Origin: Dudresnaya verticillata
Taxonomy: Eukaryota
DNA length: 64,000 bases
Reading direction: 5' to 3'
NCBI GenBank assembly: GCA_977862235.1
Contig: OZ374563.1
Coordinates: 2,232,001-2,296,000, forward strand
The notes below the pieces were generated by a model that worked only from the letters and a program-made list of their open reading frames with translations, did not search any database and was not told the DNA's origin. A program made the translations under genes and the position numbers. This document shows positions 1 to 11,586 of this stretch, piece after piece (the first letter of the stretch is position 1; the number at the start of each line of letters is the position of its first letter).

Positions 1-751
1 TTGCGAACAGAGGGCTCCCTTTCTTGTGAACGCGGTTTGCTTCCTGTCACAAATACAGAGAAACGGCGCCTTGTGCAGCGAGAGGCACAGGGAGTGTGCC
101 TGTGGGACATCCACTTGCCGCGTTCAACTTGGGTCTCTCGCCACACATAGCCCCGGCTCATAGCTACTAGTCAGAGACTGGATAAATTTCGGTCATCGGA
201 TATTACTGGATAAACAGCAGCCCAGGTTATGCACGTGAAACGCGATCGCAGCCCTCTCCGCACCACGTCAATCATTGCCGCAGCCATTGTCATCGCAGTG
301 GAAGTCAGGTCGGTATCTCAACAGCGTAGCCGTTGGAGTGTAGCGGGTCCGGATCTGAATAGAACATCCCAAATAGTGTTCAGGTGCAACAGTTCTGTGC
401 TCCATGACTGATATTGGCAGTTCACCATCGGCTTTTTGTGTAAGAACACTGATCACGAACCTCTTCCTTGGCACGGGTGCTGACCGGAGAGGCCAAGGAC
501 TCGGTCAGTATTTTGGGAAGCTCTTGGTGGACTTCTGGCAGCCAAGTCAATGGCATCTGGACGTTCATCCCATTCAACAGAAATTTTAACTTGGCCGCCA
601 ACTTCGCGTGTATCACGCAGTTTTTGACACGTAGCGCCCGCGTGCCCGCGGGCATTCCGATAGGAAGCTTAGGGGTGCTCTGTGACTTTTATATACACAT
701 CGCTACGCAACTTAACATCCAATTTCTTTCCCTACTTTTCGATGTGTGACA

Positions 752-887
752 TGTGTTGGAAACATCCTGGACGAGACACCGCCGAGCAGTTCGGGACTCG
801 GTGGGTAGTGACGCCTGAGGCAGTGCGTAGCCTCGCCTGATTCGGTTGTGGTATAGCGGTTAACACGCCTTGGGCGGACTGTTGTGG
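752..887 (-). repeat. LTR 3'-end (U5-like) remnant related to family-B LTRs, interrupted by element A
   Basis: Reverse complement (acagtccgcccaaggcgtg...ctacccaccgagtcccgaactgctcggcgg...tttccaacaca) aligns with the last ~130 nt of the B LTRs (about 37388-37519) and ends in CA. Confidence 0.6.
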
Positions 888-1761
888 TGTGGTATAACGA
901 AGTCCACGGTGACGCGGGGAAGTCTCGCACTACACGGAATGGCCTCGGAGCCTAACGTGTGGTCTCGTAGTGTAATGGAGAAAGGAAAAGGGGTGGTAGC
1001 ATGGTAGAGCGGAGCGACCAACACGAAGGACCACGGTGTCAACGTATTCGTGTTGTGCCACACGTGTGCGGAAGGGAAAACTCGAGCGATCGATCACCGG
1101 GGATGACTCTCGGTTTAGGGGCTATCGAAAGCGAGGCTCAACCGTATCCGCGGTCACGAAGACGAAGACAACGAACTCGAAGAAGCAGGCGTTTACCGAA
1201 GATTCCGAGGTCCGGGCGCTAGTCGCGTACCGGAAACCCTCGGAGGTTGTGCTAGACGACTGGCTAAGGAGAACTACGTGAGCACGAATAAACGTCAACG
1301 TGGGAGACGGTTCGTACTCGAATGATTCGTAACGGCTGAATGATTCGTAACGACCTCGGTGCCAACGAATGGTCGTCTCACGTATGGTGGCGGTTACGAA
1401 GTGCGCCAGCGATACATACGGAGGTGCCCGCGCGTCGGGGGCCTCGGTGCCGTTACGCGCAGGAAACAACGGGAAGATCACGAAGATGTAAGCGATTTCG
1501 TATCGGGTGCGCACTGTAATGCGACTGCCATCGTGGCGCGCGCGATCACGAAGTCAGCTCGGAATTCGTCCGGAGGTGTCAGCGATTTCGTATCGCGTGC
1601 GTGCTGTACTGCGAATGCTATCGTCGCGAGCACACAGTATGCGCACTGTAATACGTTTGCCATCGTGGCGTGTGCATTCACGGAGTCACTTCGAAATTCG
1701 TATTTCTCGATTATTTTCACGTACAGCACGGAGTCGTTTTGCGCACAGCGTCTATACCACA
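888..1761 (-). repeat. 3' LTR of element A
   Basis: Termini TGTGGTATA...TATACCACA (9-bp inverted repeat), homologous to solo LTR 34517-35369, with an adjacent PPT. Confidence 0.9.
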
Positions 1762-1764
1762 CGG

Positions 1765-1774
1765 CCCCCTCCTC
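1765..1774 (-). promoter_or_regulatory. Polypurine tract of element A
   Basis: GAGGAGGGGG on the minus strand, 3 nt before the LTR TG. Confidence 0.8.
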
Positions 1775-4186
1775 AAAAGCGAACGTCCCGGTCGCGGGTT
1801 ACGAAATACGAATTGACGTGGCCCGGTTTCCCTCGGAGGAGCGCATGTGGAGGCATCCGAGTGGCAGCGCGGGGATTGCTTCGAGTGTTGTCCGTGTTAC
1901 GCTTGGGTCCGGCCCCTCGATCTCTGTCATTGCACTCGTCGGTCTCAACTCCGTAGCTCGCGATCTACGCGTTTTTCGTTTTCCCCTCGTGCGCTTCGTA
2001 GCGGCGGTTGCGAGATGCTTCGTAGCATCATGTCGCTGTTCGTCTCGCTCCGTGGCGTACCCTTCTCTGCTTCGATTCGTACGATCTCTCTGTTGCTCGG
2101 TTGGCTTCAATGGTTCGTGGTAGCCGGCTTCGGTCTTCTTGGCCTGACGTTGCTTGTCCTCCGTGGGATATGCCTTCGGGACTCGTCAGATTTTCTTGCC
2201 TCCAGCCCTCGGATCTACAGTTACGGAGTGGTCACGTAGGTGGGTAGCATCGTGGCTTCTTGTAAACGAGTACGGAGTTCGGGGTCCGATTGACCATCAC
2301 TTGTAGACTTAGTCTCGGCACTCTGCACGAAAGATTACGGAAGTCACGAAGTCGCTGATCCTTAATTTTCGGAATTTTTGTGCGACTCGATTCGCCTTAA
2401 TTTGATTTCGAAAAAACGCGGGGGCGCTGTCATCGAGACCCGTGAAAATCGATCGCATGGCCCCCTCCTCAAGACGAAGGCACCCGCGTCGACGCTGCGC
2501 GGGGCGCCTCACGGTTTCGGACTCCTCGGTGAGCATCACGAGGGTCTGGAGGACCATGTAGAGCTGGAAGAATGAGCACCGGGGCTCTGGCTTCGAAATG
2601 GCTTGAACCTGCGTACAAACGACGCAATGCGAAGCGATTCACGGTTCTGGACATGCGCCAAACGAAATTCGTACCCGGAAAACGGACTCGACTTGGACTT
2701 CGGATATCAGAACAGCCTCGGGAAACACGGATATCAAACGGAAGGGGCATCGTAGCTCACATTCACGAATGGCGTGCATGCCGGTGCGAGCAACGCTGTA
2801 CTGTACGCGAAATTTAGGAACAGTCACGTTTTGAACAACCGGGTGTTGCGAATCGGAATTGACTTGGACCTCGGAGTCTGGGAAGATCTCGGGAATCATG
2901 TAGAGAAGACGGATTAGAAATCGCAGCTTCGGTTCTCGAACGGCGTGGATCCGGTTACAAACGTTGCAAAACAGCAATTTCGGGAGCTCCGAGGCGGCAC
3001 GACATGCGAATTCGAACTGGACCTTGGCATCGTGAGTTGGCTTCGATATTATCCATCAGTAGGTCTTGTAAACGTGTAACGAGCTGGCTCATGGAGCTCC
3101 GGGGCTTGCGTTCACGAATGGCGGCGTCATCGAGACTTCGGAATTTCACGTGCACGGCTCCCTCCTCAGACGAAGGCGTCCGCGCCGACATTATGAGGGG
3201 TGATGCAGCCATGGGGGCTCCTTCGAGAGCTTCGCAGCGGGCTTGAGGACTTCTTCGAACGAGTCGCGTGAGCTCCGAGGCTGTCGTTGGCGCGTTGCTG
3301 CGTGTGCGCATCCGTACGGGGTACGCGAACGTATGCGTACCGAGACACCGAGGCCATGCGAGAGCATTGCGCGCGTCGAGCAAACGAGGACTCCGTGTTC
3401 GTCTCAAAGGCACCTCGTGCGTCGTAAAACGGGGGGAGGTCCGTGTCGCAAACGCGGGGATGAGTCGAATCCTGCGCTGCTCCGAGGCAATCCATCGAGC
3501 GATGATGGCGTGCTGCGCGCGGTGCGACGTCGGTTTGCGGCTTGCGGAGGCATTGGCCGCAGAGTATGACGTGATGTGCGTATCACAAGTTACGTATCTC
3601 GCACCGTGTCCTTCCGGCGCGGTGTCAGCCCCTGTAATGCGAGTGCCGCGGTGCAACCGTGTGCGCGAACGATCCAGTGTCGAATATCGCGAAGCTTGCT
3701 GTGTCCACCGTCCAGTAGTGGACATGCCCATCGCAATACCGCGCGACTGCGTGAGAAGCGACTTCGTAGTGCTATCGTGGTGAACGAATTCGGTAGTGCA
3801 TAGAGGGCTTCGTGTTGCCGCCGAGGGCTTCGTTGTCGTGCGTCGCGGGCAACCGAAATTGCGCAGCTGCGCTAGCGTGAGATGCGGGGTGCAGGCCGTG
3901 TGCTCCGAGGCAACCCTGTGCATCGGGGCAGTTGTAATGCGCGACGAAGGCGCGTTGCGAAATACGGAGACGAGTATACCGACGGTGCCACGAGGGGTTC
4001 GCAGCGGTACTGTGCAAATGTATGCTCCGGGGCAATCGAAATGAGCACTTCGCAGTCGGCACGTGATGCAAGGACGTAGGGGCGCCGGGCCCGTTCGTGT
4101 GGTGAGCCGCGTGTGCCGCGCAACTCGAGTGGGCGCAGGTGCTATTCGGGCTGCCGGTTGCGGATCGCGAAGTCGGGGCCACGGAA

Positions 4187-4440
4187 TCACACGGGGTCCC
4201 AGTCGGAGAGCCATTCGTGGGCGAGTAGCACGGGATCACGCGGGTCCGCTTGGCTTCGAAGCCTTGCGAAGCAGCGCGAAACGAGTTCTTCTGGCACGTG
4301 CGTACGAGGTTCCCACATAGGCGTCGCGTAGCCGTCCCACTTGATACGAAACACGAATTTCCCGTTTTCGTCCGTCGATTGATCGAGGATACGATCTACA
4401 ACGTACTCGGAGCAAACTTTGACCTTTTCCGCAATATCTT
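4187..4440 (-). pseudogene. Integrase C-terminal chromodomain of element A (frameshifted from integrase)
   Basis: EYVVDRILDQ...FRIKWDGYATPMWEPRTHVP chromodomain pattern in ORF 4187..4564. Confidence 0.85.
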
Positions 4441-4511
4441 CGGGTCGCGTAATCGACGGTCGCGAACTCGTAGGTGGAGCCGCGTAGATACAGCGATCCG
4501 CGGAGACGCGT

Positions 4512-6088
4512 TCAACGAGGCCCTTGCGATCGATCATGAGTGTACGCGTATCGTTGAAGAGCACTTTGTACGGCCCCTCCGCGGGATTTCAACTTCCGAA
4601 GTTTCGTTTTCCCATCGTGGCTATCGAGGAACACGTAGTCTCCGGGTTTGACGCGACTCTTCGTGCGTTGGATGTGTTTGTCGAAGTCGCACTTGTATCG
4701 GTTTTGCACACGTTGTAACGAGGTTCTTGCGGATGTGATTGCAACATCGAGTCGCTTAATGAAATCGTTTCGAATTTCCTCCGTGGGTTTCGGTCGGTGC
4801 TTACGGGAGCGATTCTTGACGGTGAATTCGGGCGGCGGTCGCGATAAAACGAGATTGAACGGAGTTGTCTTTGTAGACCGATGAACGTGGCAATTGTACG
4901 AATACGTTAACGCGGAGACATAGCGGTCCCAATCGTTTTGATTGTCTTTCAAGTAGTTACGAAGCATCGCGAGGATATTCCGGTTATATCGTTCGGTTTG
5001 TCCATTCTTTTGCGGATGATATGCGGAGGTGAACACGTTCGATAACCCGAGTAGCCGGCAGAGGCCCTGAAAGAACTTCGAAGTAAATTGTTTCCCGTTA
5101 TCCGAGAGCACCGAGGCTGGCGGTCCATACTTGAAGATCCAAAATTCGAAAAACGCAACTGCGACGTGATACGCGGTTATGACTCGTAGTGTAGCCACCT
5201 GGGTCAACTTCGTAAATCGATCCGTAATCACGAGGATGAACTGGCGTCCGGATTTCGTTCGTGGCAACGGGCCTAAGATGTCAATCGCGACCGATTCGAG
5301 TGGGCGCGTAGCGGGGAAGAGCTTCAAGCGATGAAGGTTCCTTCGTAAGCGAATCCGATTTCTCGCGCAGTGCTTGCAACTTCGGACCGTAGATGCGATA
5401 TCAACATCCATGTAAGGCCAGTAATACGTTGCACGAAGTGAGTAGAACATGCGATTCTGCCCCGGGTTGCCAGCGTGTAACGAATGATGCACTAGAGTAA
5501 GTAACCGTGGTCGGATCGTTTCGGGCAATACGATCTGCGTTAACTTCGGAATTGTCGGATGCGTTCGTCGCAGGAGACCGTCTCCATCTTCTTGAAAGAG
5601 ACTATCCTTCTTTTTCGATTGTCGTGCTTGCACCGTTTGGCAGAACGAATCAATACGCTGTCCCTCGAGGATCTCGGAAACGTTAATCGGCGTGGGTAGG
5701 TCTACGGGTTTGACATCGGTTAGGTCACGCGGTTCTTCGTTAGGATCGATTCGATAAAGGTCAAACGGATCATCTCCATCTATATCGTCCCATAAATCGC
5801 AGTCATCGTAGACCTCGTTTTGTCCTGCGCACTCATCACGTAGTGCTTCGTCGCGTGCGTGGGCGCAACCTTCGTGGCTTTGAGGATGGTGAGCTTCGTA
5901 ATCTTTCGGGACCTCCGTGGGTCGTTGCGTAGTGCCTGCTGGAATTATCCGTTTTGCGGGCGTAGTCGTCCGCGCGGAGCCGTGGCAAATCGCGGTAACT
6001 TTCGATTGAGGTTTGCAAGATCGCGTAGTGATGAGAACCGGGTCTCTTTCGTTTTCGATAGTTTTCGCGACGTCGTTTCGGAAGCGTG
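4512..6088 (-). pseudogene. Gypsy integrase of element A
   Basis: Degenerate HHCC (HHSLHAGNPG...CKHC) and DDE core (AIDILGP, LSDNGKQF, NGQTER) in ORF 4512..6119; the first codons of that ORF come from the inserted solo LTR. Confidence 0.9.
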
Positions 6089-6955
6089 TGTGGCATAGCT
6101 GTACGACTAGCTGTGCCACTCAAGCGCAGCTGTAAGACCAGCTGTGCCACTCACGCGCAGCTGTAAGACCAGCCGCGCCACGTGTGCACTGCTGTGCGCA
6201 CGCTGTCAGCCGGTGGCGCCGACGCCCCGCTGAACTGTAAGGAATTGCGCAGTGGCGCCCGTGCGTGCACGTGTACGAGTGTGACACTGAAACTCCCATG
6301 CAATTTCTACGTTTATTGTTGTGTAGTGTACAGCACCATCTAGTGTAAGCGGCGTTCGAACGCCCTGCTGTCCTGCGTGCCGTGCGCACGCACTCCGGCG
6401 CAGAGCCGTTGAGTGCGTGACACGCGCGCGCGCACTCCGGCGTCGAGCCGTTGAGTACGTGTGGACCATTTCGCCCACGCGCGCCCCCAGGTTACGGGTC
6501 GTACGCGTCGACGCGTTGGGGCGCGCCGGCGCACCTCCCGGGTTGGTGCCGCCGCAGGCCCTGTAGTATATCTAGTAGTCGCCCCTCTGGGCTTGAGTAA
6601 ACCAGGCAAACCAGCCTACGCCAGGCTTGCCCCTTTCTACTTTGGGTTTCTTTCCCAGTCCTTCGCCCTACCTACGGCTTCCCTCTTTCCCTAGCCGCCT
6701 AGGCTTTCCTTTTCCTTTCCCTACCGTAGGCTTCGTGCCGGCCCACGACGGGGACGCAGGGATCCGGCCGCTGCCGCCCGCGTACGGTACGCCCCGTGCG
6801 CGCTCAGGCTTCTACGCCGTTGATCCGCGACCGTCGACGGCCCGCGCGGCCGACACCACCGCTCTACCACCACCGCTACCTCCCTTCGACGGGTCTGGGT
6901 GCGACTACGAGACCAGCCGCGCTAGACGTCAGTTCGACCTGACGTCTATGCCACG
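6089..6955 (+). mobile_element. Solo LTR, family D copy 1, inserted in element A pol
   Basis: TGTGGCATAG...CTATGCCACG flanked by 5-bp TSD GCGTG (6084-6088, 6956-6960); ~31-bp tandem subrepeats at the left end; homologous (inverted) to 11778-12613. Strand assigned by analogy with the B LTR layout. Confidence 0.9.
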
Positions 6956-6960
6956 GCGTG

Positions 6961-8990
6961 CTTCGTTCTTTGCGGTGTTTTCATCCGAGTCAAACCTAGA
7001 CACTTCGTCGTCGATTGCGGGTTGTTCGCGATGCGGAAGTAGCAACCGCGAGAGGGCATCGGGAATCTGGTGAACGCGACCGGGGTGATACACGATTTTG
7101 AAGTAGAATTCAGCTAAGCGTAGCCTCCATCGCGTGAGTCGCCCGGACGAATCGGTGGGAGAAAGCAGCTAGCGGAGCGCGTCGTGGTCCGTACGCACGG
7201 TGAACCGGGTCCCTTCGACATACGTACATAACGAAGTAACCGCCGGTACGACTGCGTAGCATTCGCGCTAGGTCGCGGAGTAGTTCTTCTCGGCATCGTT
7301 TAACGAATAAGACCAGTATCCCACCGGTTGTTACTCTTCGTTAGCTTGCTCCTGTAGCAACGCGCGCCCGATTTGATACGCAGACGCGTCCGTATCTATG
7401 ATGTAACGTTTCCCGAGTTGCGGTAACCGGAGTATCGGCGGTGACACGAGCTTCCGTTTGAGCGTTTTGAATGCGGTAACCTGATCCTCCGTGGGATTCT
7501 CGTAGTCAGAATCCGCGTCCTTTCGTGTCATGTTCGTCAACGGTCGCGCAATTTTCGCGAAGTCTTTCACGAATCTTCTGCATACGTTACACGCACCGAG
7601 GAACGAACGGACTTGCATGAGTGTCTTCGGGAACTTCGCATATTGGAATGCCTCGGAGCTCTTCTCGGCCATACTCAGCTTCCCCAGGAATTACGTGTCC
7701 GATATAGTCGACTCGTTTTCGGAAAAGGAAGCACTTCTTCATCTTGAGAGAAACCCCGGAGTTGCGAAGTAGGGTGAGGACTTGATCGAGATGCCCGATG
7801 TGTTCACGAAGATTCGCGGAGAAAACGATCATGTCATTGAGGCAAACGAGACAGCACTGCCAACGGACTCCGGATAGAATGATATCGAGTGCACGTTGAA
7901 ACGTAGCGGGCGCGTTTTTCAATCCGAAGGGCATACGAAGATAACGATCAGTTCCGAGAAAGGAAGTAAACGTAGTCTTGTCGCGGTCTTCTGGGGCAAC
8001 AAGAATCTGCCAGTACCCGCTGTTACAATCGAGTGTGGAGAAAATCGAAGCGTCTCCGAGTGAATCGATACAATCTTCCATACGGGGAAGCGGGTACGCT
8101 TCGGATAGTGTCTTCGTATTGAGTCTTCGGTAATCTACGCAAAAACGAAGTGTTCCGTCTTTCTTCGGTGCGAGGACTACGGGGGACGCCCACTCCGAGG
8201 TGTCTGGTTCGATTACTCCGGCTTCAAGCATACTGTCGATTTCTTTACTGCCTATTTCGCGTATTGCGGGCCCTTGACAGTAGGGCATCGAACGAATAGG
8301 TCGAGGCCCAGGTTGTATATCAATCCGATGCTCCGTGTCTGCGATCGTTCCGAGGTCTTCGTTCCACATCGATTCGTGCTTACGTAGCATCTCGAGGACC
8401 TCGTTTCGCGCAGTTTCGTCAGGTACGTTTGAAAGGTCTACGCGTTCTTCCCAATCGCGGGAACTCGAATTGGCTTCGACTACTGCAGTCGCGGCGCCCT
8501 TCGTGAGCGGTTTTTACTTCGTGGATACGGATTCTTCGGGTGACTTCGAGTCGTTGTGATCACGTAGCGTAGAGATGTTGAGCACCTTAGCAAACGAATC
8601 CGCGACTTCGCGATCGGGTGTCCAAATCGCGAGCGGGTTTCGAGCTGCGTATCAGATGACGGTTCCCTTCGGTAGAGCTAGAGGGTTATCCGTGAACTTC
8701 TCCATCAACACCGAAAACTCGCGATTCGGGCTGACTTCTTGTATCCCGTTCGTTAACCGTACTCCGTGTCGGTGTTGTAACGAAGGTTTCGGTTCGATAT
8801 GAATTAGCCCGAGTGCTTCCGAGGTCACGGTGACTAGCTTCTGCGAATAACTCGGTATTCTGACGCGGCGGTTCAAACGAATGGTGCGGCCGTCTCGGTC
8901 CCAATCGTGGGGCTCGCGTTGATGTCGCTTTGATAGCGTTTTCTCGAATTTCTTCTTCGGATTTTTCGAATTAGTAGAGGGAGGAGCCAA
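6961..8990 (-). pseudogene. Reverse transcriptase / RNase H of element A (frameshifts, stops)
   Basis: WASPVVLAPKKDGTLRFCVDYRRLN, LDCNSGYWQ, MPFGLKNAPATFQR, degenerate YLDD (CLND), RNase H IDTDASAYQIG. Confidence 0.92.
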
Positions 8991-9572
8991 CCCAGCAATG
9001 CGGTTGATAATCGGAATCGTGCTTACACTCTTCGTGATGAGCCTCCGTGGGTTGAGCTCGATGCTTCGTAAATGCGCGTCACTACGAAGGCGATTTCTGA
9101 AAAATCCTTTTTTCCATGCGGATATTCATGATTTTTATGCCTCACGTTTGGCCCGGGCGAGTAATGAATATCAGCATTTCAAATGAAGGTTCAGCGCATT
9201 GATTTCCCATGGCGCACGAATCCAGCGGAATGATTCGTGAATCACATTTCCGCTTTTTTATGGCGCTTGAGGCCCCTGCAGCATCAATAGTCATACGGTA
9301 TTCCGTTTCGGTAATGCCTCAGTTCCGGCATGTGAGATGTGGCAAATCGCAAATCTATTCACGCACTGCTATGATTCTAAAACCGCAAAAGTAGTGCGTC
9401 ACAGCATTACCGCGGTAATGTATGCACATAATGCCACGGTTCCATTTCCGAGTCTACTATCGCTATGCATGCGGCCGCATGGATTTCTCGCTTTAATTAG
9501 TGGAAACTGCTGCGTCACATGCGCCGTCCCAGGCAGACAGGCCTGCCGCATGTTGGTAGTCCTACGTCTACA

Positions 9573-11473
9573 CTACATAATAGCCCCCTTCTTAACTTCC
9601 TCGCCCAGAAGCGCCGTGAACTCTTTGCAAAGTACGTCTCATTCACACTGAAAACAAGGTACAGATGCCTCGAGAACCCCAGCGCCTTGCGAGCCTTTTT
9701 CAAGGTCGGCCGACCATACGCGAGGACGAACAGCCTGTGCTCGACGCCACGCTACGTAAACCCTCGGGGATTCTGTCGCACACTTGAACCTTGCCGTTTA
9801 GTCGGATATTCGACTCTGGAAGCGACTCGCTTCGAAACGCGAAGAGGATGCACAAATCTGCGATCTGTGGAACACCATTGCCTACTGTCCCGCATCAGGA
9901 CTGTGGAAGCATCTTTCGTGCTGTATGTAGGTCAACTCATGCTGCGGCCGCAGCTTTTCCCTACTAAAAGGGCGTAGGGATGTGCTGGGTTGTCCTTCGT
10001 GTACTCATACGTGCCTAGAATTCGAATTACCCTTCCGTTTGTAGAAGAAACTTCCTTCGTTAACATTTCGAGCCGGTCGACGAGTACGGTTATACCAAGG
10101 CATCTGCATAGAGTTCCAAAAGATTTGAAACAGATGAACATAACGTCAGTCGACAATGACGGACACTGTGTGCTCTCGAAAGATGGGAAGAAGGAGATTG
10201 TATTATCATCTTCCCCATTCATCTCCATGGACGACGCGGCTGCGTCGCCTCTCGTTGCCCTCCATGTCCTAGCGAGAATAGCAAACTGCGCCACATCGCA
10301 ATCTGCAGACACCTTCAAACAGAATTGCGCTGTGTCATTCAGCAGTTCTCCGTCGTCCATGTGATGATCATCACCAGCTTCTCTGTTGAGCCGCACCGGT
10401 GTTCTCATGGCCCGTGCCGTCGGCGTGATTAGCAGACTCTGGGGAGCTTCACGCAATCCCGGTACTGCCCCGGCCGGGGTACACGCGATCGTATCGGCTG
10501 ACACTCGTGGCTGGATTGGTGTCTGCGGTTTTTGGTCTTCCAGCATATTCGAAGATGCACTTCTTCTTGTTGTTCTACTACTTGCAGCCTTCTTTACCTT
10601 CCGGCGGGCTGGGGTCTTCTGCATACAACTGGCCAGGCGATCGAGAAGGAACCCGAGAACTCTTTCACAGCTTTGATCCAGCCCTGGGTTCAAGCTTAGC
10701 TCTATCCGTGCAGTGCTTCTTTGCACTCGAGTCTTGATCGTCTCTATCTCTAAGGCCATAGCAGAATATTGTTGTCGTAGAAAGCTGAACTCACGATTCA
10801 AAGCAGAACTGTCCACAACTTCCACATCTTGCTCTCCACTATTGCGGTATTCGAGATCTTGGCTTCCCTGGCGGCGCTGCTGTTTTTTCGAAACATTTTC
10901 GATAGGCGGGCCCGCCCGCGTTCTCCAACTCAGTAGAGGATTGTCACTGTCCGAGCGATCTTGTTCCCAGACTCGAAGATGTCTACCTGCAAGACATTCA
11001 ACCTTCTCAACAGTTGCCATATAGTCGTACTGAGTATTGGAAACATACTCTATAGTCGCGACAGCGATTAAGTCAGTGTCGTCAATTTCAACAACGTCCA
11101 ATACCTCAACATCCCACCACACTTCGTCACCATTGTCCATCTCCCATGCCACCTGTACCCATTCATTGGTAAGCGTCAGAGTGTTGCGCTCCCTGCACCT
11201 CCTCATGTTGCAAAGTGTGATGTGCGGATGTTTGCTGATGCATGCAAAAGCATACGTCTGCGTACGCGATGAGAAGTCCTGCTCAAGAAACTGTGACAGA
11301 ACGATGCCCAAATGCGAAGTGCGGGCCAATATCGGCAATTGTGCAACCGTGCGGAACAGGTCTGCAGGCCTGCAGGCCTGCAGTGTTCCATTTCGCAACT
11401 TGTCACGATTATGGTTCATGAAATCTTGTAGATCTACGCAGTACTTTTGCTGAATCACTTCGAGTACTGGCAA
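9573..11473 (-). pseudogene. Unknown protein with Tudor/Royal-family-like beta barrel and coiled coil; probably extends past the stop at 9932
   Basis: 513-aa ORF 9932..11473 containing WVQVAWEMDNGDEVWWDVEVLDV...ATIEY; coding-like sequence continues to about 9573 through a stop and a frameshift. Confidence 0.55.
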
Positions 11474-11586
11474 AGATACGCAGAAAGGGCTTATCGGGAA
11501 TTTGCAACGGCCGTTGCTCCGCGCGCGAGTGCCATAATGTTATCCATCTCTTCGCGTAGAGACCTCTACGCGTCGACGCGTCAAGA

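Larger units (their letters stand above)
888..8990 (-). mobile_element. Ty3/Gypsy chromodomain-bearing LTR retrotransposon, element A (5'-truncated, decayed)
   Basis: Minus-strand order RT-RNaseH-integrase-chromodomain, then PPT and LTR. No gag or 5' LTR seen; pol-like sequence stops near 8990. Confidence 0.9.

Noticed and set aside
1..751. Short ORFs at the window start
   Set aside because: No motif or repeat partner identifiable within this window.
2955..4214. 419-aa ORF as an accessory gene of element A
   Set aside because: R/A/T/P-rich, GC-driven composition, no motif, and no second copy to test selection.
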